Counted from the first letter of the stretch, positions 19,876-29,906 are shown. The stretch is 64,000 nt of DNA from an uncultured Desulfobacter sp. (GCA_963665095.1 OY762069.1:416001-480000), one strand, 5' to 3'. The notes: generated from the letters alone by a model not told the origin. Numbers and translations: made by a program.

Positions 19876-20021
19876 GATATATTTTTTCTAATCAGTATTT
19901 TTCGGTCAGCAGCTTTGCGATATCAGGCTCTGCCGGGGGTAACCTCCCGGCTTCATTGACTTGTCCCGGACCCATGCTTACCTTGAAAAGATAATCCAAA
20001 AGTTCAGTAAAAGAGGCATCT

Positions 20022-22373
20022 ATGGAAAGCAATATTTGGGGCAGTGATATCAATGCCAAGGTCAGTTTTGAACCGTTGTTTGAATTCTGGGAGGCCCACC
20101 TGGTTCGGGACTGTACTCATATGGCGTCCATGTATCAGCATATCAGGGCAAAGTTTGAGGCAAGGCCTCAGATTCAAGGCGTTATTGAAGATATCAGTAT
20201 TATCAATGAGCACTACGATATCATCCGTCCCCTGATGACAGCAGTATTCCCCCCTGCAGCTTTTGACAGGGAGATTATTGGCGCGCTGGTTCCCTTTTCA
20301 TTCCAGCCCTTTTATGTCAGTCCCGGTTTCCAGCGCGTATTTGTGGATAACGAATATTTTTACAATAATGTTATTGACAAGCTGCCTGCCCAGGAAATTG
20401 AGAAAAAGCGGCTTAAGATATATCTTCTCGTCCTGGAGCGGATATATGGCATTAAAACCCCCAGGCTCAACAGTGTAGACATTAAAGATGTTCCGGACCA
20501 GGAAACCGGGCTTCCAAGATTCTATGGGGTGACCACTGATTATCAGTTTTTGAGGATTACGCCGCCGGAAAAATTACCTGACCTGTCACAGGAAGATCGC
20601 GCATATATCAGCCAGAATATCACCAGTACTGTTGTGCTCTCCCGATACATCGACCTGAGCCGGTTCAAGTTCACCGGATTTACCCTGGTCCGGGCCATGG
20701 ATGTCACGGAATCAGAGGTTATTTCCGCTTTGGAACGGGACCTGATTGATCAGCACTCCATTTTTTCTTCAGAAGGTATTCAGCTTCTTGAAAAACGCCT
20801 GCAGACTTTTTTTCAACGCCCCGACATTCACTTAAGTATCTCCGCAGTTCATGGAGACCGGGTTATGGTCATTAAAAATGATTGCACGTCTGCCATCAGT
20901 TGTTTTTTTACCAACGCCCAGCACATGAATCTGGATGAGTTTGAGGGTTCGGTATGGCTTAAGGCCGCTTACGGAAAAGAGACCGTGAGAATTACGGACC
21001 TGTCCCGGAAAAAAGACCGGGTACCTGCAGAAGATCATGCGGTGGATGCGGGTATCCGCTCTCTTCTTCTCTCTGGGCTCAGATACCAGGGCAACCCCAT
21101 TGGCCTTTTAGAAATATTCACCCTGAAACCCGATGATTTAAGCCCCATGGAAGCCCTGCTCATGGATCAGGTCTCTCCAATTTTTTCCGTGGCGCTTAAA
21201 CGGGGTCTGGATGAGATGGATAAACAGGTTCAGTCCATTATCCGTGAAAAATGTACTGCAGTTCATCCCAGTGTTGAATGGCGGTTTGAGCAGGCTGCCT
21301 TGACGCATATGGACCGCATGCGCAAGGGAATGACCTCTTCTGAAATGGAGCCTATTATTTTTAAGGGCGTCATTCCTTTTTACGGACAGTCTGATATCAG
21401 AGGCTCGTCCCTGGCAAGGAACAAAGGGATTCAAAAGGATTTGAAACGGCAGCTGCAACTGGCGTTAGATGTCATAAATGCAGCCGGGCAGTATCGTTCC
21501 TGGCCCATTCTCAGGGAGTTCAGGTTCCGTATGGAAGCGCATCTTGACAGGATCAGCAGCGACGTGACGTCAAGTGATGAAAATGCTGTCTTTACCCTGC
21601 TTAATCATGATGTGGGGACGGCCTTTGACGATCTTGAACGCCTTGGTGGGCAGGTGGCTCAAAAAGTTCAGATCTACAGAGCTGCCCTGGATAAAAATTC
21701 CGGCCTGGTCTACGACAAGCGCAGGGATTATGAGGAGAGTGTCTACTATCTCAATCAGGTCCTTTCCGCCTACCTTGAAAAAGAGGACAGCCTTGTACAG
21801 GAAACTTTCCCCCACTATTTTGAAAAACGTCAGACAGATGGCATTGATTATATGATGTACATCGGGGCGTCCATGAACAAGGATCAGCGGCTGGCCCCCT
21901 TTCATATTCACAACATGACACTGTGGCAGTTCATGATAGCCTGTGGCCTGGCGTGTCAAACCGAACAGGTCAAACCCAGACTCAAGGTCTCACTGGACAC
22001 CTGCCATTTGATTCTGGTTAACCATACACCCCTTTCCATCAGGTTCCGTTTTGATGAAAAGCGATTTGATGTGGACGGGGCCTATGATGTAAGACAGGAG
22101 ATCATCAAGTCAAGACTGGACAAGGCCCTGGTTAAAGGATCCGGTGACCGCCTCACCCAGCCCGGGAAGATTGCTGTGGTCTATGACGATCCGGATGAAG
22201 GAAAGAAAATTCTTGAGCATATCCGCTTTTTAGGGTCCGAGGGAAGGCTGCTTGATGATCTTGAGTTTCTTGACCTGGACGACATGCCTGATGTCCGGGG
22301 CCTTAAAGCCGTCAGGGTCGGCGTTGATGTGGCTGTCCGGAAGGGAAATGTCGTTGAGATGCGCGCCGGATAA
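20022..22373 (+). CDS. Large cytoplasmic GAF-domain protein with class III cyclase-like C-terminus (function unknown)
   Basis: Central GAF-like segment (GIRSLLLSGLRYQGNPIGLLEI); C-terminal SDIRGSS, TDG, RFDVDG, SRLD and PGKIAV motifs. Confidence 0.65.
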   Translation: MESNIWGSDINAKVSFEPLFEFWEAHLVRDCTHMASMYQHIRAKFEARPQIQGVIEDISIINEHYDIIRPLMTAVFPPAAFDREIIGALVPFSFQPFYVSPGFQRVFVDNEYFYNNVIDKLPAQEIEKKRLKIYLLVLERIYGIKTPRLNSVDIKDVPDQETGLPRFYGVTTDYQFLRITPPEKLPDLSQEDRAYISQNITSTVVLSRYIDLSRFKFTGFTLVRAMDVTESEVISALERDLIDQHSIFSSEGIQLLEKRLQTFFQRPDIHLSISAVHGDRVMVIKNDCTSAISCFFTNAQHMNLDEFEGSVWLKAAYGKETVRITDLSRKKDRVPAEDHAVDAGIRSLLLSGLRYQGNPIGLLEIFTLKPDDLSPMEALLMDQVSPIFSVALKRGLDEMDKQVQSIIREKCTAVHPSVEWRFEQAALTHMDRMRKGMTSSEMEPIIFKGVIPFYGQSDIRGSSLARNKGIQKDLKRQLQLALDVINAAGQYRSWPILREFRFRMEAHLDRISSDVTSSDENAVFTLLNHDVGTAFDDLERLGGQVAQKVQIYRAALDKNSGLVYDKRRDYEESVYYLNQVLSAYLEKEDSLVQETFPHYFEKRQTDGIDYMMYIGASMNKDQRLAPFHIHNMTLWQFMIACGLACQTEQVKPRLKVSLDTCHLILVNHTPLSIRFRFDEKRFDVDGAYDVRQEIIKSRLDKALVKGSGDRLTQPGKIAVVYDDPDEGKKILEHIRFLGSEGRLLDDLEFLDLDDMPDVRGLKAVRVGVDVAVRKGNVVEMRAG

Positions 22374-22521
22374 GGGATGTGTTGCGAAACTACAACAGCC
22401 ATCCCCGGCATCGGGACAGCGCAGGGATCAGAATTGTAACACGGAGCGTATCTGACTATTGAGCAGATGAAAGGAGTATGGTATTTTCTACCTATCATCT
22501 CACCAATAAAAAGGAGAGCCT

Positions 22522-22872
22522 ATGAACATTTCAGTCACTTTTAAAAACATCCCTTCGTCAGACGCTGTAAAGTCATATATCCAAAAAAAATTTGACAGGG
22601 TGGATAAGATGCTTGATTCACCCGCCGAGGCACAGGTTGTCCTGGCAGAGGAGAAACTAAGAAGTATTGCTGAAGTCAGGCTGACTTGCAGCAAGCTGAA
22701 GATTCACGCCAAGGATGAGGCTTCCGAGAATAACATGTATTCCGCCATTGACGGTCTGGCGGAAAAAATTAAAACTCAGATCAGCAAACTCAAAGACAAG
22801 CAAAGGCGTCATCTGGCCGGTGATAAACAGAGTATTAAAGATGAACTGCTGGATTCTGCCGTCAGTGATTAG
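22522..22872 (+). CDS. hpf: Ribosome hibernation promoting factor (HPF/RaiA), short form
   Basis: MNISVTFKNI...NMYSAID...KIKTQISKLKDK; AAGGAG RBS. Confidence 0.9.
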   Translation: MNISVTFKNIPSSDAVKSYIQKKFDRVDKMLDSPAEAQVVLAEEKLRSIAEVRLTCSKLKIHAKDEASENNMYSAIDGLAEKIKTQISKLKDKQRRHLAGDKQSIKDELLDSAVSD

Positions 22873-22898
22873 GCCTGCCTGAATCAAATTGTACCCAG

Positions 22899-22932
22899 AG
22901 ATCCCAGTCTTTTCTTAGGCTGGGATCTTTTT
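22899..22932 (+). terminator. Intrinsic terminator after hpf
   Basis: AGATCCCAGTCT / AGGCTGGGATCT stem followed by a T run. Confidence 0.75.
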
Positions 22933-23113
22933 ATATTTACAATTACAAATAAGCCGTCCGGGAGGTTGCCTCCTGACACACCCGCCTTCTTTTTCATCAG
23001 CCAATTGATTTTTTCAAAAAAAAAACGGAAACTATATTACATATCCTTTAAGATATGAGTACAAGGGTAATTTCAATTAAAACGAATTAATACTGACGGA
23101 GACCCTTGAATAC

Positions 23114-23884
23114 ATGGGTACCTTAAAACCGATCATCCCCCCACCTGCCGGAAACGGGATTAAAGAGATTTTATTTCTCATGGGAGAGACCGTGATCGGT
23201 TGTTTTTATATCAGACGGGGCGGATTTCAATATCTTGCCTTTCATTTTTTTCAGCAGATCTACTTTACGGCTGTGGAATGCCTGGTTACCAGCGCGCTGA
23301 TGGGGATTATGGTCGGACTTCTGGTGATTATTCCCATGGTATCGCTGAACATCATTCAGCTGGATATCCTCAGAATGATTTACGATGCTGCGGTGTACCA
23401 TACCCTTTTACCCATTATGCTGATATTTCTGGTTATTGGCCGGTCCGGAAATGCCATTACCAGTGAACTGGGGTCCCTGAGGATCAACCGGACCCTGGAG
23501 TCCCTGGCAGGCATGGGTATTGAACCTTATCACTTTTTGGTACTGCCCAGGGTACTGGCCATGATGGTCTCCCTTTCATTGTTATATATCTGGACCACGC
23601 TGTGGTCTGTGGCCTGTGTCACTGTCCTGAGTGTTGTGGAACTGCACACCTCAATAAAGGGGGTGATTCATGCATTGGTTCATCATATTGAATTTATGGA
23701 TTTTTTGCTGACCTTTGTCCTGCTTGCCTACGTAGGCGCAGTTTTAGTGGTGGTCCACGCCTATTTCGGTTTAGCTGCCACCTCTAAAATGGTGGTTGCC
23801 CGAAATTTACCCAGGGCCTTTATCTGGTCTCTTTTTTTAAGTTTGACCATGGTGATACTATTTTCTGCGATCCGACATGTCTGA
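23114..23884 (+). CDS. MlaE-family ABC permease
   Basis: GRSGNAITSELGSLRINRTLESLAGMGIEPYHFLVLPRVLA, the MlaE signature region. Confidence 0.85.
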   Translation: MGTLKPIIPPPAGNGIKEILFLMGETVIGCFYIRRGGFQYLAFHFFQQIYFTAVECLVTSALMGIMVGLLVIIPMVSLNIIQLDILRMIYDAAVYHTLLPIMLIFLVIGRSGNAITSELGSLRINRTLESLAGMGIEPYHFLVLPRVLAMMVSLSLLYIWTTLWSVACVTVLSVVELHTSIKGVIHALVHHIEFMDFLLTFVLLAYVGAVLVVVHAYFGLAATSKMVVARNLPRAFIWSLFLSLTMVILFSAIRHV

Positions 23885-24530
23885 ATCTAAAATTATTGAA
23901 ATAATAGGGGTGACATCAGGACGCGCCAGTGATATCAATCTTTGCGTTGAGCAGAAGGCGTGTGTGCTGTTGTCCGGTGAGCCCGGGGCCGGAAAGACCA
24001 CCCTGCTGAAAATGATGAACGGACTGGTTGAACCGGATCAAGGACGGGTGCTGCTGTTTAACCAAGATATCAAGTCCCTGTCCCAGTACAGACTTTTGGC
24101 ACTGAGACAATTTGTCAGTTACCTTGGTTTTCCACGCGGGTTGGTGGAAAACTGGACTGGATATCAAAACCTGTGCCTGCCGTTGAAATATCATTGGAAT
24201 ATGGACGATCATGCGTGTGATAAAAGAATCCGGGAAACAGAAGTGTACCTTGGCCCTGTCCGGGAACTGCTCGGATATCCTGTCTCCTGGCTGGATAATG
24301 AAGCCCAGCGGTTTTTAACGGTTTTCAGAAGCCTTGTCATCCGTCCCCGCCTGCTGTTGCTCGATCCGGATGAGATGAAATTATCCAAACCCGGACTGCT
24401 TGAGTCCATACTTGGCTATCTGTTTGACACACAGACCACCGCAGTAATCGCCGACTCCATCTACCTGAAAAATTGCCCCATGGACAGGTTCAGGCGATTT
24501 GATTTATATTCAGCAGGAGGGACACCATGA
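23877..24530 (+). CDS. MlaF-like ABC ATP-binding protein (degenerate)
   Basis: Walker A GEPGAGKT is intact; the signature motif, Walker B Glu and H-loop are altered. Confidence 0.75.
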   Translation: MSESKIIEIIGVTSGRASDINLCVEQKACVLLSGEPGAGKTTLLKMMNGLVEPDQGRVLLFNQDIKSLSQYRLLALRQFVSYLGFPRGLVENWTGYQNLCLPLKYHWNMDDHACDKRIRETEVYLGPVRELLGYPVSWLDNEAQRFLTVFRSLVIRPRLLLLDPDEMKLSKPGLLESILGYLFDTQTTAVIADSIYLKNCPMDRFRRFDLYSAGGTP

Positions 24531-25591
24531 CCCGGGATTATGCACTCATAAGCCAGCGCCGCAACCGCACCATGAAAATGGTCATTGGGTTGTTTACGAT
24601 GTTCACCGTAATTGTCCTGCTGTTTTTTATCTGGGTCGGTCATAATCAGTTTACTCCTTTCAGCAAAACCGTCTCCTTCCGCTCTGAAATAACCAATGCG
24701 GAATTTATCCAGGAGGGAATGCCGGTGATGATTTCCGGTATGGTGGTGGGGGATGTGTCAGATCTTATACTGCAATCTGACAGCAGTATCGCCATGACCA
24801 TCCGGATTAATGAAAAGTATCATTCCATGGTCAATACAGGTTCCACGCTCAAATTAAGCGCCTCTTTGATCGGTTCCTCGAAATTAAAGATTGAAACCCC
24901 GGAACAAAATTTGCCCCCGCTGGCGCAGAATAGTTTTCTGCCTTTTCCCACTCAGGATATGGCACAGGAACTGCTGGCGAAATTGCCTGATCAGATTGCA
25001 CGAATTGAGTCCATTTTGGAAAATGCCGAAAAAATTACCCGGCTGTTATCTGACGAAAACGGGCCAATGTTCACCACCATGGAAAACCTGGAATCCGCAA
25101 CGCTGGTTTTAAAAAATTTTATGGACAACCAGATCGGTGCCACCGGGAAAATTACGCAAAGTATGGAGTTATACCAGTCTACGCTGGATAAGCTCGGCCT
25201 GCTTATCAAGGAGGTAAGTCAGACCGTGAACGATGTGCGAACCCCGTTGAAACGGCTTTCACCGATCATGGCCAATATTGAACAGAGCACGGGGTTAAGT
25301 ATTGACTCCAGTGCCCAGCTGAAAGAAATTCTGGTACGCGTGAACCGTAATATGGATATCGTGGAAAAGATTCTTGTGGACCTGAAAGCCACCACGGGGC
25401 AGTTTAACAATTTCACTCCTGAATTAAACCGGATGATCATTGATGCCCGAAGTGTGACAGATCAGGCCTCCCAGATTCTGGATGCTGCACAGGCCTCGCC
25501 TTTTTTAAAAAATGCTTTCCCCAAAACCACAACCGTGCCTGTTCAGCCTGAGCCAAGGATTGGGTGGCCCCTTCAAAGGGAGAATAACTAG
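24527..25591 (+). CDS. MlaD/MCE-domain protein with long helical tail
   Basis: N-terminal TM helix; GMPVMISGMVVGDV MCE motif; helical C-terminus. Confidence 0.85.
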   Translation: MTRDYALISQRRNRTMKMVIGLFTMFTVIVLLFFIWVGHNQFTPFSKTVSFRSEITNAEFIQEGMPVMISGMVVGDVSDLILQSDSSIAMTIRINEKYHSMVNTGSTLKLSASLIGSSKLKIETPEQNLPPLAQNSFLPFPTQDMAQELLAKLPDQIARIESILENAEKITRLLSDENGPMFTTMENLESATLVLKNFMDNQIGATGKITQSMELYQSTLDKLGLLIKEVSQTVNDVRTPLKRLSPIMANIEQSTGLSIDSSAQLKEILVRVNRNMDIVEKILVDLKATTGQFNNFTPELNRMIIDARSVTDQASQILDAAQASPFLKNAFPKTTTVPVQPEPRIGWPLQRENN

Positions 25592-25592
25592 C

Positions 25593-26429
25593 ATGCAAAA
25601 AATGGCGGTATTCATTGTACTTTGGGGAATAGCAGTTGCCGGATGCGCCACGACCCCTTACCAAAGGGTTGAAGAAAAACGTATGAACATGGGGTTGTCC
25701 AAGGCGGAAGAATTTTACAACCTGGGTATGTATGCCAGTGCCGCCCTCTCCTTTGAAAAGGTGATTCAACTGGCAGTGGTTGAACAGGATCCTGTTGTTA
25801 TGACCCGGGCACAGTTCAGATATGCCTTAAGTCTGGAACGTTGTTTTGCTGATTCAGAACTGGTCAATAACGCATGGGACAGTGCCAAGGATTATGCACA
25901 AACCTATGGCATCCAGATGTTTGACATACTTCTGGGATGGCTGAACTGGCAGATATCATATAAAGAATCGCCGGATATTCATGATGTCGACCAGACCCTG
26001 GCCCGGTTTAACCGGGAGTATCCCCCTGAAAATTTAATTCAAAAGATACAATGGCTAAACCTTTCTGCCAAGTGGCACATGACTGCGGGCTTTGCCGGCA
26101 AGGCTGAAAATGATCTGAATGACGCCATGGCAGTCATTGAATCTGAAATGAGCAGGAAGTATGAAAGTAAAGAGCTGGCCATGGCCCTTTCGCTGACCCT
26201 GTTTAACCGCGCCATGGTTCTGGTGAGCCAGCATCAGTTTAATAATGCCCTGACACTTTTCAGCCGGTCTCTGGCACTGGACAGTAAAAACAACAATATC
26301 AGCGGTGTGTATGCCAATCTTTGCGCCCAGGCAGAATTGCTTGACGTGATGGGAGAAACAGGCCGGGCCCAAAGCATCCGGGCGCAACTTATCCGGATGC
26401 GCCGATATATGACAAGTCTTTCCCCTTAA
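25593..26429 (+). CDS. TPR-like lipoprotein
   Basis: ATG 1 nt after the MCE gene stop; MQKMAVFIVLWGIAVAG|C lipobox; helical repeats. Confidence 0.7.
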   Translation: MQKMAVFIVLWGIAVAGCATTPYQRVEEKRMNMGLSKAEEFYNLGMYASAALSFEKVIQLAVVEQDPVVMTRAQFRYALSLERCFADSELVNNAWDSAKDYAQTYGIQMFDILLGWLNWQISYKESPDIHDVDQTLARFNREYPPENLIQKIQWLNLSAKWHMTAGFAGKAENDLNDAMAVIESEMSRKYESKELAMALSLTLFNRAMVLVSQHQFNNALTLFSRSLALDSKNNNISGVYANLCAQAELLDVMGETGRAQSIRAQLIRMRRYMTSLSP

Positions 26430-26657
26430 ACATCTATGCATGACCGAGCCTTTGAAGGGCATAGGTATTTACACTTTTAATAAAAAGCAGACACGCTTCC
26501 CGGATATGCTGACAGCATCAGTCAGAGTAAAAAGTCGGTACCCAAAATTAATTTTCAGTGCTATTCTTATATCTGGTAGCACGCCAGCACGATCTTAAAT
26601 CATATTCTCATTCATACAGGATAGTATCTCCCCACTGGTTTAACCGGCGGGAGAGCT

Positions 26658-28217
26658 TTGACATTTACGACTATGTTAGAATTACATTTAAACAACCTGC
26701 CTTCTCTTTCGGTTTTTCTGCTTATTATTGCAGGTATTGATCTTTTTTTTGCTGTTATTGCATTTGTCCGCCGCAGGGCTGTCGGTGCGGGTTCCTTTCT
26801 GCTGCTGATGCTGGCAATGGGGGTTTATGCCGGCGGCTATGCTTTTGAGCTGGCTTCTTCAGATCTTACTACAGCCCTGTTTTTTTCAAATGTCCAATAT
26901 CTGGGGATTCCCTTTGTCGCTTTTCTGCTTTACTCTCTTATCTGGAAATATCTGCGTCATACCAATGCAATGCCTTTAAAACTGGTTATCCCTTTGCTAA
27001 TTGTTCCCGTTGTCACTTTTTTCTGTCACCTGACATGTGACGGGCATAATCTTTTTTATATCAATCCTCAGCTTGGTTTTTATAATGGGCTGTCCATCTT
27101 GTCTTTTGAAAAAGGAATATGGAAACACATAGACCATGCATATACTTTTTCCCTTGTTATAATGGCATTGATCCACTGTATTGTCCGTTTTATAAAGGAT
27201 GAAAAATACCGTAGTCACATTGCCCTGCTGATTGCTGCAACCGTTTTCCCCTTTGGGGGGTTCCTTTTATACGTTGCCGGCCTGGCACCGGAACATCTCG
27301 ATATTACCCCGCTAACCTTTGGACTTTCGTGCCCGTTTTTAGCGATTGCCATTTTTCATCTGTCTTTGTTCGATATCGTACCTGTTGCCAGGGATCATAT
27401 TTTTGAAAATCTGGATAATGGGCTTCTGGTAACAGACTCGCTGGACAGGCTGATTGATTATAATAAATCCATCATAAAAATTTTTCCTGAACTTGAGAAA
27501 TTTCGTGTGGGTGTTTCGGTCAAGTCTTTAGCTGTCATTAATGGGGGCCGGACAATTGATCTTTATCAGCTCTTAAATACGGACAAAACATTTGTGGCAG
27601 AGCAGGGGGAGGCGAAGAATTATTATAGTATACGAAAAAACATCATATCTCAGACAAGACAGTTTTACGGTGGAATAATTTATATAGTCGCAGATATAAC
27701 TGAAGAGAAGACCCTTGAGGCAAAACTTCACACCATGGCAACAACAGACCCCCTGACAGGAATTCAAAACAGACGAAACCTCCTTGAAATTGGAGATAAA
27801 GAGCTAAAGCATTCTGCAAGATATAAGCGGGATCTCAGCGTTCTGTTTTTTGATATTGATCATTTCAAAAAAGTAAATGATTCCTGGGGGCATCTGGCTG
27901 GAGACAGGGTATTAATCGAAATAGCACAGACCTGTACAAAACAGATTCGGGAAAGCGACTCGCTTGGCCGGTACGGCGGAGAAGAGTTTGTTCTTATTTT
28001 ACCAGAGACATCGTATGACGCTGCTATCCGGGTTGCTGAAAAGTTACGCGGCTCTATTGCCAAAATGACAGTTATATTTGAACAGCATAAAATCAAGGTA
28101 ACAGCCAGTTTTGGTGTGGCTGCTTTTAAAAACGGTGAAACCCTTGATGACCTGTTTAATCGCGCAGATCAGTTTTTATATCAAGCAAAAAATACGGGAA
28201 GGAACCGTGTTTGTTAG
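26658..28217 (+). CDS. Diguanylate cyclase with N-terminal 7TM (HisKA_7TM-like) sensor and PAS-like region
   Basis: Seven hydrophobic helices; TDPLTG, DIDHFKKVND, RESD I-site, GGEEF. Confidence 0.92.
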   Translation: MTFTTMLELHLNNLPSLSVFLLIIAGIDLFFAVIAFVRRRAVGAGSFLLLMLAMGVYAGGYAFELASSDLTTALFFSNVQYLGIPFVAFLLYSLIWKYLRHTNAMPLKLVIPLLIVPVVTFFCHLTCDGHNLFYINPQLGFYNGLSILSFEKGIWKHIDHAYTFSLVIMALIHCIVRFIKDEKYRSHIALLIAATVFPFGGFLLYVAGLAPEHLDITPLTFGLSCPFLAIAIFHLSLFDIVPVARDHIFENLDNGLLVTDSLDRLIDYNKSIIKIFPELEKFRVGVSVKSLAVINGGRTIDLYQLLNTDKTFVAEQGEAKNYYSIRKNIISQTRQFYGGIIYIVADITEEKTLEAKLHTMATTDPLTGIQNRRNLLEIGDKELKHSARYKRDLSVLFFDIDHFKKVNDSWGHLAGDRVLIEIAQTCTKQIRESDSLGRYGGEEFVLILPETSYDAAIRVAEKLRGSIAKMTVIFEQHKIKVTASFGVAAFKNGETLDDLFNRADQFLYQAKNTGRNRVC

Positions 28218-28259
28218 CAGGTGCTTTAAAAGGGCATGGCAGATGCCCCCGGACAGCGT

Positions 28260-28803
28260 TCAATCTGAACGTATCCGTAAAAATGAGGGGAATTTGGGAA
28301 TTTTGTTTTTCGTAAAACCGTAATATTTAAAAGTAACCTGGGTGCCAACGGGCGGCGGATTCTGCCTGTTTTGTTCAGTGAAGCCTGTGCCCAGTTTGAA
28401 TTGAATGCCATTTTCAAGCCGGATGGTCAGGGAGCCCATTACCCCGGCAAATTTTCCTTTTCCTGGATTGATGGCAATGACTTCTCCTTCCATATCCCGG
28501 GTCTCCTTTATTTTGAGGACATATGGGCTTCGTCCCGTATGGTAGGCTTTTTGGGGATCCTTAACAATAACCCCTTCTCCGCTTCGGGATGCCACCTGCT
28601 TAATAAACTCATCAAGATCAGGCAGGTCGCCAATCAGGGTTTGGTGGATGATGTGTACGAATGGGTCGGGGTGGGCGGCAAACCAACGCGTTGCTTTTTC
28701 CAGGCGCTGGAAGAAATCGCCCTTTTGGTTGGGAACTTCAAAAATATTGTAGGTGATTTTTTCCCAACCTTTTCCCGGGTGCCGGTCAAGAACCACAGAC
28801 TGG
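28260..28803 (-). pseudogene. ATP-dependent DNA ligase (LigE-type), C-terminal fragment after transposon insertion
   Basis: YNIFEVP (motif IIIa), EGVIVKD (IV), LKIK (V), OB-fold GTGF...FPSFLRIR. Confidence 0.9.
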
Positions 28804-28924
28804 TGTTGAGTCGCATTTTATCCTGACTTAAATTTTCTAATTATTTTGAACAGATTAAATCTTTTCCATATTATTTAAGACAGCTACAGAAGTCGCTGCG
28901 CTCCTTCTCAGTAGGTTTTTAAGG

Positions 28925-29085
28925 CATAGGCAGAACAGCTTGAATAAAGCAGAAAGGGGAAGCAGGTAATCCCCACTTCCCCTGGCGCATTATTCAATGC
29001 TGCCTGCTTCCGGCTATCCCTTACCAGGTTGCTCCTCAGCAGAGCCCGGCTCCGTTTCACCGAAATCGTAATATTCTGCTCTATG
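28925..29085 (-). ncRNA. Putative structured RNA in the transposon end, downstream of the ATPase gene
   Basis: Nested stems TTGAATAA/TTATTCAA, GGGGAAG/CTTCCCC, AGGCAG/CTGCCT plus a compact multi-branch domain at 29008-29064. No expression evidence. Confidence 0.4.
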
Positions 29086-29096
29086 GCTGTTTTTTC

Positions 29097-29906
29097 TTAA
29101 AAAATTTCCGATGAAGCAATGCGGACATGCTCTGCAGATACCGTCATTGATTTTTCTGCCGCAGCAGCAATCAATGAGCCTCTGGCAAGATTATTCGCCT
29201 TTCGTAAAAGGCCGCCGGAGCCTTGATGAATCGCAGTCACCGCCTGGTCAGAAAAAAAGTTGGTGTCAACACCGCATAGTTTTAAATGATGGATCAGGTA
29301 AGTTTTCATTCCAGCCACATCCAGACCATCCAGATGGCTTTTAGCCACAATCCTGGATGCAAACGGGATTGACGTCCGGTACTGAAGCTTATCTATCAAT
29401 GTCGGCTGACCTGCAAGGATCACAGGCAGCCAGGGCATGGCGTCTTTTTCAAATTGAACCAGGGTGTGAAGTTCGGCAAAGACTTCCATGCGAAGCAGAG
29501 ATGCCTCATCTATAATCAAAACGGTTTTGATCTTTTTTCCCAGGACGAATTCACGTATTTCATTTTTAATAATGGAGATCATAACAGCGCGGGACGTCGA
29601 TGTCCGCTCTATGCCCAGTTCTTCAACAATCTGCCGGTAAAGTTCCATGATGGAACCGCTTGAGGCCGTAACATAAAAGACTTTGTATTCCGAAGGGTGT
29701 AGGGATGAGGCGGCATACCTTAAGGCGGTGGACTTTCCGCTGCCCACATCCCCTGTGATAACCGCACTGCAGCCAAGTCTTAAGGAATAATCAATCCGAT
29801 TTTTAACGCCCGAGACCTCCGGGGTGACCAGGATATCATTGATTTCTATCTGCGCCGGGAAGGCCTCCCTATATAAGCCAAAAAAGGTACGATACATTTC
29901 ACTCAT
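29097..29906 (-). CDS. ExeA-like AAA+ ATPase (TnsC/IstB-role transposition helper)
   Basis: Walker A GDVGSGKS, Walker B LIIDEA, LAGQP, SGGLLRKAN; ATGA overlap with the transposase. Confidence 0.9.
   Translation of the reverse strand: MSEMYRTFFGLYREAFPAQIEINDILVTPEVSGVKNRIDYSLRLGCSAVITGDVGSGKSTALRYAASSLHPSEYKVFYVTASSGSIMELYRQIVEELGIERTSTSRAVMISIIKNEIREFVLGKKIKTVLIIDEASLLRMEVFAELHTLVQFEKDAMPWLPVILAGQPTLIDKLQYRTSIPFASRIVAKSHLDGLDVAGMKTYLIHHLKLCGVDTNFFSDQAVTAIHQGSGGLLRKANNLARGSLIAAAAEKSMTVSAEHVRIASSEIF

Noticed and set aside
29025..29062. Hammerhead ribozyme (GAAA and CUGAGGA are both present on the minus strand)
   Set aside because: No UH cleavage site follows the would-be stem III, and stems I and II do not form properly.
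28925..29085. Guide sequence in the putative ncRNA matching the insertion site
   Set aside because: Only a weak gapped resemblance (GAGCAGAATAT vs GAGTATGAATAT); not distinguishable from chance, so RNA-guided targeting is not claimed.
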